From the NCBI GenBank assembly GCA_025558095.1, contig JAIVFI010000010.1:754744-818743 (forward strand): a stretch of 64,000 nucleotides of DNA, given 5' to 3'. Source of the DNA: Hyaloraphidium curvatum SAG 235-1. Taxonomy: Eukaryota; Fungi; Monoblepharomycota. Below the pieces are notes generated by a model. It was not told the DNA's origin and searched no databases. It saw nothing but the letters and a program-made list of their open reading frames with translations. Each line of letters opens with the position of its first letter. Within the stretch, counting starts at the first letter, position 1. The position numbers and the translations under genes were made by a program. Of this stretch, positions 12,326 to 23,901 are shown in pieces.

Positions 12326-12620
12326 TGCTGGCTCTTTGGCAGGGGAAAGGGGCACGGGATGGGGAACTGGAGGTTGGGGGACGGTATGTTTTCCGCGGAA
12401 GTGTCCGTGGAAGCTTCGAGGAATTCGGGGCCGGGCGACATCTTTTAACCGCCGCATGCGGCCACATGTTGGACATAGCATCCAAAGCAATCCATCTGCG
12501 CGATTCGAAACCATTAGACGCCACGCCCACCTGGCCGAAGGTTGTCTGCAGCATCCAATCCCTTCCAGGGTCCGCGGGTCCGCCGACATCCCCCACCACA
12601 TCCCCGCCCATCCCGTCGCA

Positions 12621-13531
12621 ATGGCCGCCGCGCAGGACGCGCCGCCGGCGTGGCTCTCGCAGCCGCTGCCCGCCGGCTGGGTGTCGGAGTTCGACGCGAA
12701 CCACCAGGTCCGTCCTCCGCGGGTGAACACGGAGGCAAAAGTGCTGATCTCCAGGGCGTCGGCAGGCCTGGTACTTTGTCGACACCACGAAGAAGCCGCC
12801 GTTCGTCACGTGGGACGACCCGCGCGAGCCGCCCGAGGCCGCGGCCCCCGCGGCCCCCGCTGCCGCCCCCGCGGCCCCGGCCCCCGCCGCCCCCGCGCAG
12901 CTGGTCGCCCCCGCCGCCGTGCCCGCGGGGAACACCGGCGTCGCCCCCGGCGAGCAGCCGCTCCCCGCCGGCTGGCTCAAGGCGCTCGACAAGGCGAGCG
13001 GGCGGTACTTCTTCATCGACCCGAAGCAGGCCGTGACCTGGGACGACCCGCGGACACCCGAGGGTACGCCGGCGCCCGTCCGCGCTCCCGATCCCGGGAA
13101 CCTGATCCCCTGCCGGCAGTCGAAAAGGCACCGTCGAACCCCAACAAGAAGCCCGCGCCCGCCCCGGCGCCCGCCGCTGCCCCCGCACCGGCACCCGCCG
13201 CCCCCGCGGGCCCCAAACCGCCCCCGCCCCCGCCGCGCACCGACGTCATCCCCCTCTCCGTGTCGGCCCCCTCCCCCTCGGCCAACCCCGTCGCGCCGCC
13301 GCCCCCGGGCGAACCCAAGAAGAAGCACGGCTTCTGGACCGGTGGGTCGTCCTTGCCTCCCGGTCGTTCCGGCTGACGGTTGCTTCCGGTACAGGTGCCG
13401 CGATCGGCGCCGGCACCGCGCTCGTGATCTTCAACCCCATCAGCGCCGTGATCGTCGGCGGCGCGGCCGCGGTGGGCTACGTGAGCAGCAAGATGGGCGA
13501 CTCGGACGACGAGAAGGACAAGAAGAAGTAG
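12621..13531 (+). CDS. Two-WW-domain, Pro/Ala-rich protein with hydrophobic C-terminal segment
   Basis: LPAGWVSEFDANHQ/AWYFVDTTKKPPFVTWDDPR and LPAGWLKALDKASGRYFFIDPKQAVTWDDPR; three short introns. Confidence 0.85.
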
Positions 13532-13791
13532 GCCGCAGGGCCCGGGGGTTCGGTCGTCGGCGGGTCGGGTCCATCGGCGTGGGCGGGGGACGGACGGCGG
13601 GGGGGCGGAGGCGAGAAGTAATCTATGGGCCGTCCCGCGGGGCGGCCGGTACGTAAGACAGAGATGATGCGATTCCACTACCCCGGCCGATCTGCGGAAT
13701 CGCAACGGGTCAGTCGCCGTCCCGTGGCAACTGCCGAGCGGCACGATGAATACCCACCGAAAACGTTCCAACGGACACCACCACGCGCGCA

Positions 13792-14975
13792 CTACGCCGC
13801 CTCCTTGCCCTCCTCCGCCGCCGAGAAGAACGCGTCCTCCGCCGCCTCCCCCTCGGCGTCGGGCGCCCGCTCCTCGCTGGGCTCCCGGACGACGGGCAGC
13901 GCGGGGGTGGTGTCGAGCCCCGGCGAAAGCGCGGCCGAGGTGGCTTCGACCTCGGTGAGCTCGGTCACCTCGACCGTCGTTTCCGCCGACGTCTGCGCGG
14001 GGGGCGAGGCCGGGGGCGGGGACGGGGTGAGCGGCGGGACGACGATGGGCGCGATCCCTGGCTCCTCATCCGGCAACGGCTGCGTGGGGGTAGGGGGTGC
14101 CACGACGACCGTGGGCTCCGACGGAGGCAGCTGGTGCGAGCGCAGCACCGCGGCGTCGGCCTCGCGCTCGTCCGCGAGCTCCTGCGCGTCCATCGACAGC
14201 AGGCCGTCGTCGTTGCCCGCCGCCGCCTCGAACATGAGGATGGTGTCCTGGATCACGTCGTTGGCTTCGTAGTCGGCCAGCTCCGCCGTGGGGGTGGGTT
14301 CGCGCTCCGAGGCGCCGTCGTCCGAGGCCGGCTCGCCGTCGTCGTCCTCCTCGGGCTCGTCCGGCTGCTCGTCGGGGGCCGACAGCGATGCCTGCCCCGG
14401 CTCCTCGGTCCGGACCTTCTTGCCCTTGCGCTTGCCGGTCCCCGTGCTCGCCCTCTTTCTTGGCGTCGGCGTGCCCCCGCTCCTCGTCCGCCGCACGCCC
14501 TCCTTGTCCTCCTGCGCCGGCACCTCCGCCAGCGCCGCCGCCAGGCCCCCGTCCTCGGCCCTCGTGCCCGTCTTGTTCTCCACGTACCCCTCCCTGATCT
14601 TGACGCGCACCAGCGAGTCCGCGTAGATCTCCGCGTCTGCGGGCGACGCGTGCGTCTTGCTCCGCGCCTGGCCGTGCGGGTTGCCGCGCGTGCCGTGCTT
14701 GCCGTACCGCACCGTGGTGGTCAGCCCGTCGTGCGAGATGGAGATGGCCCAGAACTGCTCCCGTTTCCGCGTCCGAGTGGTGGGGACGGGGTTTCGAGAT
14801 ACCCCGTGCCGGCGTCGCAGCGCGGGCGGCGGCCGTCGCGGAGGCCGGATGGGGCGGAGCGGGCGCGTCAGTATCGTCCCCCCCGGGCAGCGCCGGAGCC
14901 GCCCACCCTGTCGATGTTCTCAAAGTACCGCATCGGCCCGTCCCCCTCGTCGCCGCCCGGACCGGCGTCCGCCAT
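13792..14975 (-). CDS. WGR-domain protein with long acidic disordered tail
   Basis: Spliced N-terminus MRYFENIDR/FWAISISHDGLTTTVRYGKHGTRG...AEIYADSLVRVKIREGYVE matches the WGR pattern; basic NLS-like KRKGKKVR. Confidence 0.75.
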
Positions 14976-15314
14976 CCTGGGCCGCTCGTCGCCCCGACGC
15001 CGCCGGCTGTCGCTTGAGCACCGATTTAGACGCCCGCCAGCAGGCCCGCACGGGGCAGGGCGCGGAGCTGCGCGGGGGGCGGCGTGGGGACGCGGGTGGG
15101 GGTCCGCGGGGTCCGCACGGTGCGGGGTTGAGGGATGGCGCGAACGGGGGATCGCGCCCGAAGCGCCGCGAGGGAAGGGACGGGAGGGCTCTGTGTTAGA
15201 GGGGAAGAGAAGAATGCAAGGAGGAAGCGGGATAACGGGACGGATGGATGGATGAAACCGTGGAGTGCACTCCCCACCGGTGACTCATCACCAGACCGGG
15301 CGAAGGCAACAACG

Positions 15315-15959
15315 ATGGCATCCGACGACAAAGACGTCCAGGACTTGTTTGCGGGTCCCTTCGAATACGTCGACCGCGACAAGCTGGAGCGCTCCGTGGT
15401 CGGCATCCTCGTCGAGCCCGTGCTCGCCGCCTCCGGCCCCCCGCCCCGGCGCCTCCTCATCGGCATCGACTTCGATCTTTCCGCCGAGGACCTCTCCACC
15501 CGCGACGGCCGCCTGCGCGCCGCGTTCCGCGCCTTCCGCGGGAACGAGACCGCCGTAATGCGGGCCGCCGGGGCCGGGCTGCGCGCGTGCCCCGCGTGCG
15601 GCGATGCGTGCCCGACGCTGCAGATGTCCATCTTCCTGGACTGGTTCGGCGGGCTCGCTGCCGCAGGTTTTGGCGGCCGGGCGCTCGACGTGGCGCACGT
15701 GCGCGCCGCCCCGACCTGCAAGAGGCCGGCCTGCGTACGGGTTGGGAACAGGATCGTGCAGGGTCCGAAGCCCGACCACGGGGACTCGTCAAAGGGTTAC
15801 TTCTGCGGCGCGTGCGGGAGGTTCGCGAAGAAGAAGGAGGACTTGAGGCAGTGCGCGGGCTGCGGGAGGGCCTACTACTGCGGGAAGGAGTGCCAGAGGA
15901 CGGCCTGGCCCGAGCACAAGGCAGACTGCGGGTCTTTGACCGGCCGCCAGCAAGAGTAG
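15315..15959 (+). CDS. MYND-type zinc finger protein
   Basis: CGACG...LRQCAGCGRAYYCGKECQRTAWPEHKADC at the C-terminus; intronless. Confidence 0.88.
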   Translation: MASDDKDVQDLFAGPFEYVDRDKLERSVVGILVEPVLAASGPPPRRLLIGIDFDLSAEDLSTRDGRLRAAFRAFRGNETAVMRAAGAGLRACPACGDACPTLQMSIFLDWFGGLAAAGFGGRALDVAHVRAAPTCKRPACVRVGNRIVQGPKPDHGDSSKGYFCGACGRFAKKKEDLRQCAGCGRAYYCGKECQRTAWPEHKADCGSLTGRQQE

Positions 15960-16429
15960 CCGCACGGGTATGGTGCCAGTCGATTTGAGGCGGAAGGGTC
16001 GCCACCGGGGGAACCGGCGGCGCCTGGCGACGAACCTGGCCAAGGACCCGCGGATCCCCCACAAAAATGACCGAGTGCGGCTCCGAAGATGGAGGAAATC
16101 AGGAAACAAGCTCGCATTGCCCATTTTCCGCGCGGATCCGCCTCCAGTCCGGCGCCGAACCGCCCCGTCCCCGCCGAGTCCGACCACCCCTTCCCCGCCT
16201 CGTCCACCGCCCACCCGCGTCCCACGCCCCGTGCGACGAAGTTCCTTTCCATTTTCAGCGAGCTCCCGCGTCCCCACTGCGGTCCAAAGTCCCCGCGCCG
16301 CGCGCCGGCCGCGCCCTCTGCGACGCGTCCGCCCCGCTGCCTCCTCCCCACTGCCCCCTTCCCACGACGCTCCCGCCCGCCCCCGCTCCTGCGAGTCCGC
16401 CGAAAGAAAGTGGGCCGCCCGCGGGAGGT

Positions 16430-16543
16430 TCACTCCCTCTCCGCCTGGCCGTCGACCCAGTGGTACGCCAGGATGAGGGCAAAGATGAGCGAGCCCAGGA
16501 GGTTGACGGCCGCCGCGAGGGCGTCGTCCGAGATGTGGAGCAT
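16430..16543 (-). CDS. OST4: Oligosaccharyltransferase subunit Ost4 (37 aa)
   Basis: MLHISDDALAAAVNLLGSLIFALILAYHWVD matches the Ost4 pattern ISDxxLxxxxxxLGxxxxxLIxxYH. Confidence 0.85.
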   Translation of the reverse strand: MLHISDDALAAAVNLLGSLIFALILAYHWVDGQAERE

Positions 16544-17303
16544 CGTCCTAGATGAGGGAAACGGGGTTGCGGCGGCGCCCGGGAGGAGGAAGCGCGCGCA
16601 AAGGGCGGGGAAGGTGAAAGACGACGCGTTTCCGCTGGACGCGGCGGGCCGTGCGGAACGGTGCCAAGTGGGCGGATGGCGAGGCTCGACGCGTGCGCCC
16701 TTCCTCATGCGGCTCGACTTCCCCAGCTATACACGACAGCACCTGGTGGACTTCAAAGTGACGGGAGGGCCGAAACCGCGGATGCCTGGACGACGGTGGG
16801 TGGGCAGCTCGGTGGTATGTCGACCGTCGACCGCTCCTTCTTCGCTGGTTCATTGCCCTCACGCACCAGATCCACACAGGGCTCGTCAGTCTCCATTGTT
16901 CTCATTCGGCTGTTGTGCGTCGCAGAAGAGGATGACGAGACCTGGATCAGCCGGCGCACGTACGGGGACACGGAGATGAAGATGCTCGTCGCCAGTCATT
17001 GACCACCGGGAATTTCAACGCTGGCGAAGAGAGCTGCGGCAGAGCTTCCATGTGAAAATGTGTAAAGCTGGGCGGATTTCCGGGAGGAGCAAGGCATCTC
17101 GCTGAGCATCTCGCGTGCGTCCCCTTCCATCCTCCCCCGGATGTTGCATCGTCACATCAGGCGTCCAGAGCTAGAATCGTCCTCGAAAATTGGCCTCGGC
17201 GCTCACGTGGCGTCGAATCAAGGGCTAAATGAAGCCACAGGGCGGTGGACGAGGGACGTGCGCGACGCACTCGTCGGGGCGGCCACCAAACATTGGCTTC
17301 CCC

Positions 17304-18893
17304 ATGCAGCGCGCTTCCCGCGCCGGCCCCCGCCGGCCGTCGCTTTCCGCGCCGCCGTTCACTCTCAGCGAGGCCGAGTGGCTTGCCCTGCTCCCGGACG
17401 ACCGTGTTCTGCGTTCGGTGCCCGTTCCGCTGTCGACGCGGCCCCTGCCCGACCCCGCCGAGCGCCTCCGCGCCGAGAACCCGCTGACGCCGCCTGTCAC
17501 GCGTGCGCAACTGACCGCGGATGGCTACAGCTGGCTGTCCCCCTCCGTACACGCGGCGTATTTCGTCTCGCGGGCGCCGCCGTTCCACCTCTTCTTCGGG
17601 CTCGCCGCGTCCTTCGCGGTACCGCTGTGCGCCGCCTTTTCGGCGCAGGCCGTCGTTGCCGTCTCAGACCCCGAGGGGCGCTTCGGCACGAGGCAGATCG
17701 CAGCGGGCACCGCCGCCTGCGTGCTCACGGTGCTCTGCTACGGCATCCCGTTCCTCATCCCCATCTTGACGGGCTCCGCGCCGCCCGGCCGCAAGCCGGG
17801 CGCGCACGTCGACTCCAGCCTGTGGGTCTCGGGCGCCTACATCCGCTGGCGGCAGCTCTTTGCCGGCCCCACCCCCTCGCGGCTGGTCGAGCACGCGCCG
17901 GGCGACAGGCTGTGCCCGTGCGCGCTGCCCTCCTGCTCGGGACGGTGGTTCGACTGGGACCTGGCCTTCCGCGCCGTGCTGGCGCCCCGGGACGTCGTCA
18001 TGCGCGGGCTCGTCGCGGTGCTCCAGCTCTGGACGCTCGCGGTGACGTTTGGCGGGCGCTCGTGGACCACCCCCTGGACGGCATTCGTCATGTGCCTCGC
18101 CGTCGCGGCGTGGGTGCCGACCGCCGCGGCCGTCACCTTCTCGGTGGGAGCGCTGGTGGACATGCCGCCGGGGATAAGGGCGTCGGGGAAGCTGCAGTGC
18201 AGGGCCATGAAACTCGTGCTGGTGGACCTCCTAGCGCGGTACCGCGCTGCGCTGTTGCCCGAGCGTGGTGAACCCTTGGATGGCGAGGCCGAGGAAAACA
18301 AAGATGACAAACCTGCTCCGTCTATGGGGTGCGACGCCGCGCACGACCTCGATGGAGCAACTGAAGGCGAGGACTACTACGTGACCCTGCACTCGTACCT
18401 CCGCGGCATCTGGCGCGGCAAGCTCATGTTCAGCCTGCAACGCGCCATCCTCACGTCCTACGGGACCGCCATCTGCATCTCCCTCGTGCTCAACGCTGCC
18501 GCGGGCTCCTGCATTCCGCTGTGGATCCTCGTCTTCCTCCTCTCCACGCTGATCGGCGTGTTCGCCGACCTCCTCCGGCTCGCGGACCACAACGCCCAGC
18601 CGGAACTCGTCTCCTCGCTCCTCCGCGACGCCGCGCTCGAAGCCCGCTCCATCCTCCTCCGCGCCCCGCCAGGGCCCCTGCCGGACCGCCTCGCCCGCCA
18701 CGCGACCGTGCTCTCCTCCCTCGCGGACCCGCAGGCGCACCACCGCGGCACCTTTTTGGGCATCGTGGTCGGCTACGGCGTGGTCAGGGCGGTGTTCGCG
18801 ACCACGGCAACGCTGCTGCTGGCCGCGTGGACGGTGGCCAGGGCGTTCGGGCTGGTGGTGGTGCTGGATGCGCTGTGTCCCGGGCCGGGGTAA
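17304..18893 (+). CDS. Seven-transmembrane protein of an expanded family, possibly gustatory-receptor-like (7TMIC/DUF3537-like)
   Basis: Intronless ORF of about 529 aa with seven hydrophobic segments, a CPCxxxxC motif and two paralogous relics in this window; the family assignment is inference. Confidence 0.7.
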   Translation: MQRASRAGPRRPSLSAPPFTLSEAEWLALLPDDRVLRSVPVPLSTRPLPDPAERLRAENPLTPPVTRAQLTADGYSWLSPSVHAAYFVSRAPPFHLFFGLAASFAVPLCAAFSAQAVVAVSDPEGRFGTRQIAAGTAACVLTVLCYGIPFLIPILTGSAPPGRKPGAHVDSSLWVSGAYIRWRQLFAGPTPSRLVEHAPGDRLCPCALPSCSGRWFDWDLAFRAVLAPRDVVMRGLVAVLQLWTLAVTFGGRSWTTPWTAFVMCLAVAAWVPTAAAVTFSVGALVDMPPGIRASGKLQCRAMKLVLVDLLARYRAALLPERGEPLDGEAEENKDDKPAPSMGCDAAHDLDGATEGEDYYVTLHSYLRGIWRGKLMFSLQRAILTSYGTAICISLVLNAAAGSCIPLWILVFLLSTLIGVFADLLRLADHNAQPELVSSLLRDAALEARSILLRAPPGPLPDRLARHATVLSSLADPQAHHRGTFLGIVVGYGVVRAVFATTATLLLAAWTVARAFGLVVVLDALCPGPG

Positions 18894-19156
18894 GGTATGG
18901 AGCGCATTCCTTTTGCCGGGAGGTGCAGGAGGACGCGGAGGTAGCGCCGGGATCCCCTGGTTTGCGGTTCCGGGGGCGGCGGTGCGGCGACGGCACGGCC
19001 ACCGGGCGCGCGGCGGCTTTCCGGACTCGGGCAGGCCGGAGGACCCGGAGTGGACTCTGTCGGGGTAGAGTGGCGCTGTTTGCAGCGAGCGGATGTGTAC
19101 CACTTGGACCCACGGGCGGGTCCCGGCCCCTGCGCAAGATGCATTGATCTTCCGTC

Positions 19157-19849
19157 CTACTGCCCCGCCCTCTCGATCCTGTCCACCCGTTCCTCAAGCC
19201 TACCGACTGCCTGCTCCACGCCGCCGACCCTCTGCCGCATCTCCCGCGAGAAGTTGCGGAACTCGTGGGTGAGCGCTTCCACCTGCCGATGATCCGGGCA
19301 TCGGCACGAGCTCTTCCACCAGAGGAAATCCGGACCTCACCTGGGCCTGGGTAGCGGGTGGTCCGGCGGCAGGGAGAGGATCGGCCGCGGGAGCCGGAGG
19401 ATCGTAAGGCGGGAGCGGTTCCTCGTGGACGTCGTCGGCAGGGGGGTTGAGCGGCGGCGGTGGCGGCGGCGGGTTCGGCAACGCGGCTTGAGGAACGCCA
19501 ACTTGAACGTGTGCAGCGGTAGGGCGCCTCCTTGGTCTACGATGCCGGGCACCGTGGCTTGCGCAGCGGCGTGGTGCTGCTGCTCCGCTGTGAGAAAGGG
19601 TGTAGTGGGGAACTTTCTTACCGCGGCGAGCCGCCGTTGGAGGCGCCCCCTCCTGTCGAATGGATCTTGTTACTCCTTGTTCTTGGCCTGGTTATGGTGC
19701 GCAGGCGCCGATACGCACCCGCCGACGCCGATGAGGTGGCCGCTTCGGCTCGCTGGAAACGGCGGCAACGGGGAGCAGAAACACCATGAGTCCTTCATGA
19801 ACGTGAGTGCAAAGTGCAGTAATGGGCAGCGAACCTGGGACAAGCTCAT
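19157..19849 (-). CDS. Pro-rich PPxY plus coiled-coil small protein, paralog of 23902-24590 (possibly a pseudogene)
   Basis: MSLSQ/...PPPPPPPLNPPADDVHEEPLPPYDPP...AQ/VEALTHEFRNF...LEERVDRIER; same intron positions as the paralog, but an in-frame TAA unless an extra 34-nt intron is spliced. Confidence 0.55.
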
Positions 19850-20795
19850 TCGTCGAGGACCAGTGCGTGCTGGCGGTGTGATCGAAGTGTGAGGGACAGC
19901 GAATCGTCAAATGCCCAAAGGACGAACTGCGGCGCTCCCCCTTGGACACTGTACTGCTGAATCAGGGGCTAAAGCCCGGCCTGCGCTGAATGGTGCTTCT
20001 GATGCTCACGTGGCGCCGGAATGGTACCTGATTGATCGAGCTCGGGCAGCGAGGGCGATCTCGTCGCTGCGTCGGTTCCCCCGATCCCTCCGCGAATGCA
20101 AAGTCTGACAAAGTCGGGGCGGATAGAACAACCGGACTTGTACGTCCTCGTGAAGGCGGCGCAATCAATGGATAGCAGATAAGCAACTACGATCGTAGGT
20201 TTAGATCGGCAAGACGGGCGGCGAAGTCGGTCTGTGGATCTCGCACATGCGAGGGGCTTCCGGGCCTCCGGTCCAGCAGGCTCGTCCGCTCAGAAAATAA
20301 GGCACGCCAATCCTACTCGCTTGTTTCGCCCTGTAATCGCCCGTGACCCGCGACCGAGCTCGGACGGAGCATCGATCCAGGTGGCGCCGGCCGGCGCACG
20401 AGCCGCCCGATCCCGGCGCACGCTCCCCACTCCGCAACTCCCCGCGCCCGCCCACATGCCGCGGCCCGCCGCGTTCGGCGCCGCCGGCTGACCGGCCTTT
20501 TGGCTCTCGGGCCCGCGCGGCGGCGGACGGCGGGCGCCGCTCCCCGCCGTTATCTCCCTCGCGCGCAAGGGCACCCGCAATCCGCCGCACCCCGCACCCG
20601 CGAAAGGCCGTAGCGGAACGTGGAGTTTTGCTCGACGGGTCGGCAGACGGCGCCCTGCGTGATACTCTCGGCGCCGGAGTGGTCGGCCTCGGTTTTTCTG
20701 GGGACCGCTGCCGGCGGCCGGACGCGCCTATCCTCTGCCCGGCGGCCCCCTTTGGCGCCCCGGTGGTCGCCCATTGACTCGACGCCCGCTTCAAG

Positions 20796-23487
20796 ATGGC
20801 GCCGTCGGCGGGCGTGCCGGGCTTTCCGGCGCCCACGCTCAACTCGAACGACATCTACGCCTGGGGCTTCCCCATCGGCGGCTTCATCGTCGGCTTCACC
20901 TTCATCTCGCTGGTGATCAAGGAGAAGCTGTTCGTGTCGGACGCCATGGTCGCCACCCTCTTCGGCGTCATCCTCGGCCCTTTTGTTTCCAACTACTTCG
21001 ACCCTTTTCATATCCAGCCCGAGGGCACCTACCTCATCATCATGTACCTCTACTCGGAGATGCTTCTCGTCGTGCAGATCATCGCCGCCGCCATCTCTTT
21101 GGACCGAGAGTTCTGGAACTTCCACTGGCGCTCCTTCGCCATCCTTCTCGGCCCCGTCACTTTCGGCATGTTCGTCGTCACCACCCTCCTCGTCTGGGGA
21201 ATCTGCGGTCTGCCCTTCCTGGACTCCATGATCGTCGGCGCGGCATGCAGCCCCACGGACCCGGTGCTCGCCAACTCGATCGTCAAGGGCCGGTTCGCGG
21301 ACCTGCACGTGAGCCCGACCGTGCGCGACCTGCTTTCGGCCGAGAGCGCGGCCAACGACGGCATGGGCTACCCGTTCCTCCTCCTCGGCGTGTACCTGAT
21401 CCGGTACTACTACGCCCCCACCACGAACTACTCGGAGCCCTACCCCACCAGGGGCGCGCCGGGCAACGAGACCTCGGTCGGCAACTTCGTCACCCCCCCG
21501 AACGCGCACTCGCCGGGCAACTACGAATCCGCCGGCCAGGCCGTGCTGGCGTGGTTCCTCGAGGTGATCCTGTACCAGATCTGCTGCGCCGCCATACTCG
21601 GCTTCATTTTGGGGTGGGCGGCGCGCAAGACGCTGCGGTTCACGGAAAGCAGGGGGTGGATCGACAAGGAGACCATGCTGGGGTTCGCCATTGCCCTGGC
21701 GCTGTTCATCCTGGGGCTGGGGAACGTACTCAACATGTCGGCCTTCATCCTGGCCGTCGTGGCGGGGGTCGTGTTCTCGTGGGACAAGTGGGTTGGGCGT
21801 TGCGCGCTCGTCTGTTTTGGCTGACCGACGTCGCACCGCATTCTCTTTACCCACAGCTTCTTCTACCACCAGGTCCAGGAATCGCACATCCAGGAGGTCA
21901 TCGACATGCTCCTCACCGCCGTTTTCTTCATCTTTTTCGGCACCTGCATCCCGTGGTCCATGATGAACACCCCTGAGCTGCCGATATGGAAGCTGTTCCT
22001 GCTATCGCTTGCCGTGCTCGCCGTTAGGAGGCTGCCGGTCGTGGTGGCGCTGTACCCGACGCTGCGGAGCCTGATCAACCACAAGGAGGCGTACTTTGTA
22101 GGCTACTTTGGGCCGATCGGGGTGGCCGCCATCTGGTGGGTCGCGAGCCGCGCTCCGCTCCGCCGATAGGCCGCTCAACTCGCGCGCTCGTCGCAGGTAC
22201 ATGACGCTCGTCCGCGAGACCTGCCCCGAATCCTCCCCCCTCATTGTCCCCATCTGCTTCTGGATGGTCCTCACCTCGATCGTCGGCCACGGCCTCTCGG
22301 TTCCCTTCGTGCACCTCTCCATCCTCACCTACTCCCGCTCCCGCGACCCCGCTCTGCGCGGGCCGCGCGGACCCAGAGGCTGGCGCGGAGGGAGGGAGGG
22401 GCTGGTCATCGGGGCGCCGGTGTTCAACGGTCCCGTGCCGACCTTTTCGCGGCGGCACAGCGCCGACATGGGCAGGAGGGGGAGCATGGACGCCGCGAGC
22501 GAGGTGCGCAAGAGTGGGGAGGGGGCCAACGGGAGCCCGGACACGTTCGTGGAGGACGACGATACGGCGCGGTCGGCGCGGTCGGGGGCCAACTCGAACC
22601 GGTTCGAGGTCTACGGCGGGCGTATCTCCGTGGATTCACGGCGGAGTGGCGACCTCTCGGACCCCGGCGACGCCGACCTGGCCGACGCCGAGCTCGGCAT
22701 GGGCATCCCCATCGGCCCCTCGCTCTCCCTGGGATCGGGGCTGCCGCTGGAGCGGCAGAACACGGTCAAGTTCGTCGACTCGATCCGCCCCTCCGCCCCC
22801 GCCGTACCGGGCGGCATCCTGGTCTTTTCCCCGGCAGAGGAAGCTCCCAACTCGCAGCTCTCGTTCCGCATCTCGCGCCCGCGCTCCGCGAGCGTCGGTT
22901 CGGCGTCGGAGGAGATTGTGCCGCCGACGGTGCTCGGCGCGGGGATTCCGTACCAGCGGTACCACTCCCGCGCCATCTCGTTCGACATCCCCCTCGAAGG
23001 CGACTCCCGCGGCGCCACGGGCGGGAGGAGGGGCTCCCGTGCGCCGAGCGGGGTGTCGGCGGACTACGCTTCGGACGATGAGCCGACCCCGGCGGGGACG
23101 AGCGTGGCGCGCAACCCGCGGTTCGCGCGGTCGCTTTCGGTCGGCGGGGAGGCGATGCAGGAGAAGGGCTTGTCGTCGGGCTGGATCAAACCGTTCTGGA
23201 AGGACTGGAGCTGGGGGCGCAAGGGGTCAAACGCCACGGGGGGTTCGGATCCGCAGGCAGGGCAGCAGCCCGATCGACGATCTTCCAACTACAGCACCTC
23301 GCCGGGGGCGCTGCAGGTCTACGGCGGGGGAGAGCGGAGGGATTCAACATCGATGCTGCCGGCCGTGGCGGACCCGGTGATCGGGTCCTCGGGGACGCCG
23401 CCGCCGCAGCCGGTGCCGTCGCCGTCGATCCTGGTGCCTCCGAGGACGTCGGATACGCCGGTTTTGGGGAGCGGGAACTCGACGTGA
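20796..23487 (+). CDS. Na+(K+)/H+ antiporter, fungal Nha1/Sod2 (CPA1) family
   Basis: IKEKLFVSD, SPTDPVLANSIVKG, LSAESAANDGMGYPF, VRRLP, FVGYFGPIGVAA; two introns; long hydrophilic C-terminal tail. Confidence 0.93.
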
Positions 23488-23901
23488 GCCTTAGGGTGGG
23501 GGCCGTTGGCTGGGTCGGGGGCGCGGAACGTAGGGGGCGTCGGTCGCCGGGCCAGGGCCGCGGTCGCGCACCGCACGTTCCTGTGTCTTTGGAATACCAC
23601 GGACATCATTTCATTCTAGAAGCCGCGGCGATCCGTCCGTTCCTGCTTTGGATGCGCAGAGGGATCCGGGGGACAGCGGTGACGAGATTGCTCCCGCTAC
23701 GTCCCCGCATTCCATCGATCTGGTTACATCCTAACACCCAGTGAGTAATGGAAGTACTGTGGTGCCGCTCCGTTTGTTTCGCGCCGCATTAAGCAGTACA
23801 GTATCCAAGGGGGACGGCCGCAGTTCGTCGTTTTGGCGTTTGATGCTTCGCTGGCGGTCCCCCTTCCATCACACCGCCAGGTCACAGCGGTCTTCGACAC
23901 A

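Noticed and set aside
16550-17002. Small spliced plus-strand gene upstream of OST4
   Set aside because: Splice-like signals exist, but no coherent start or recognisable product
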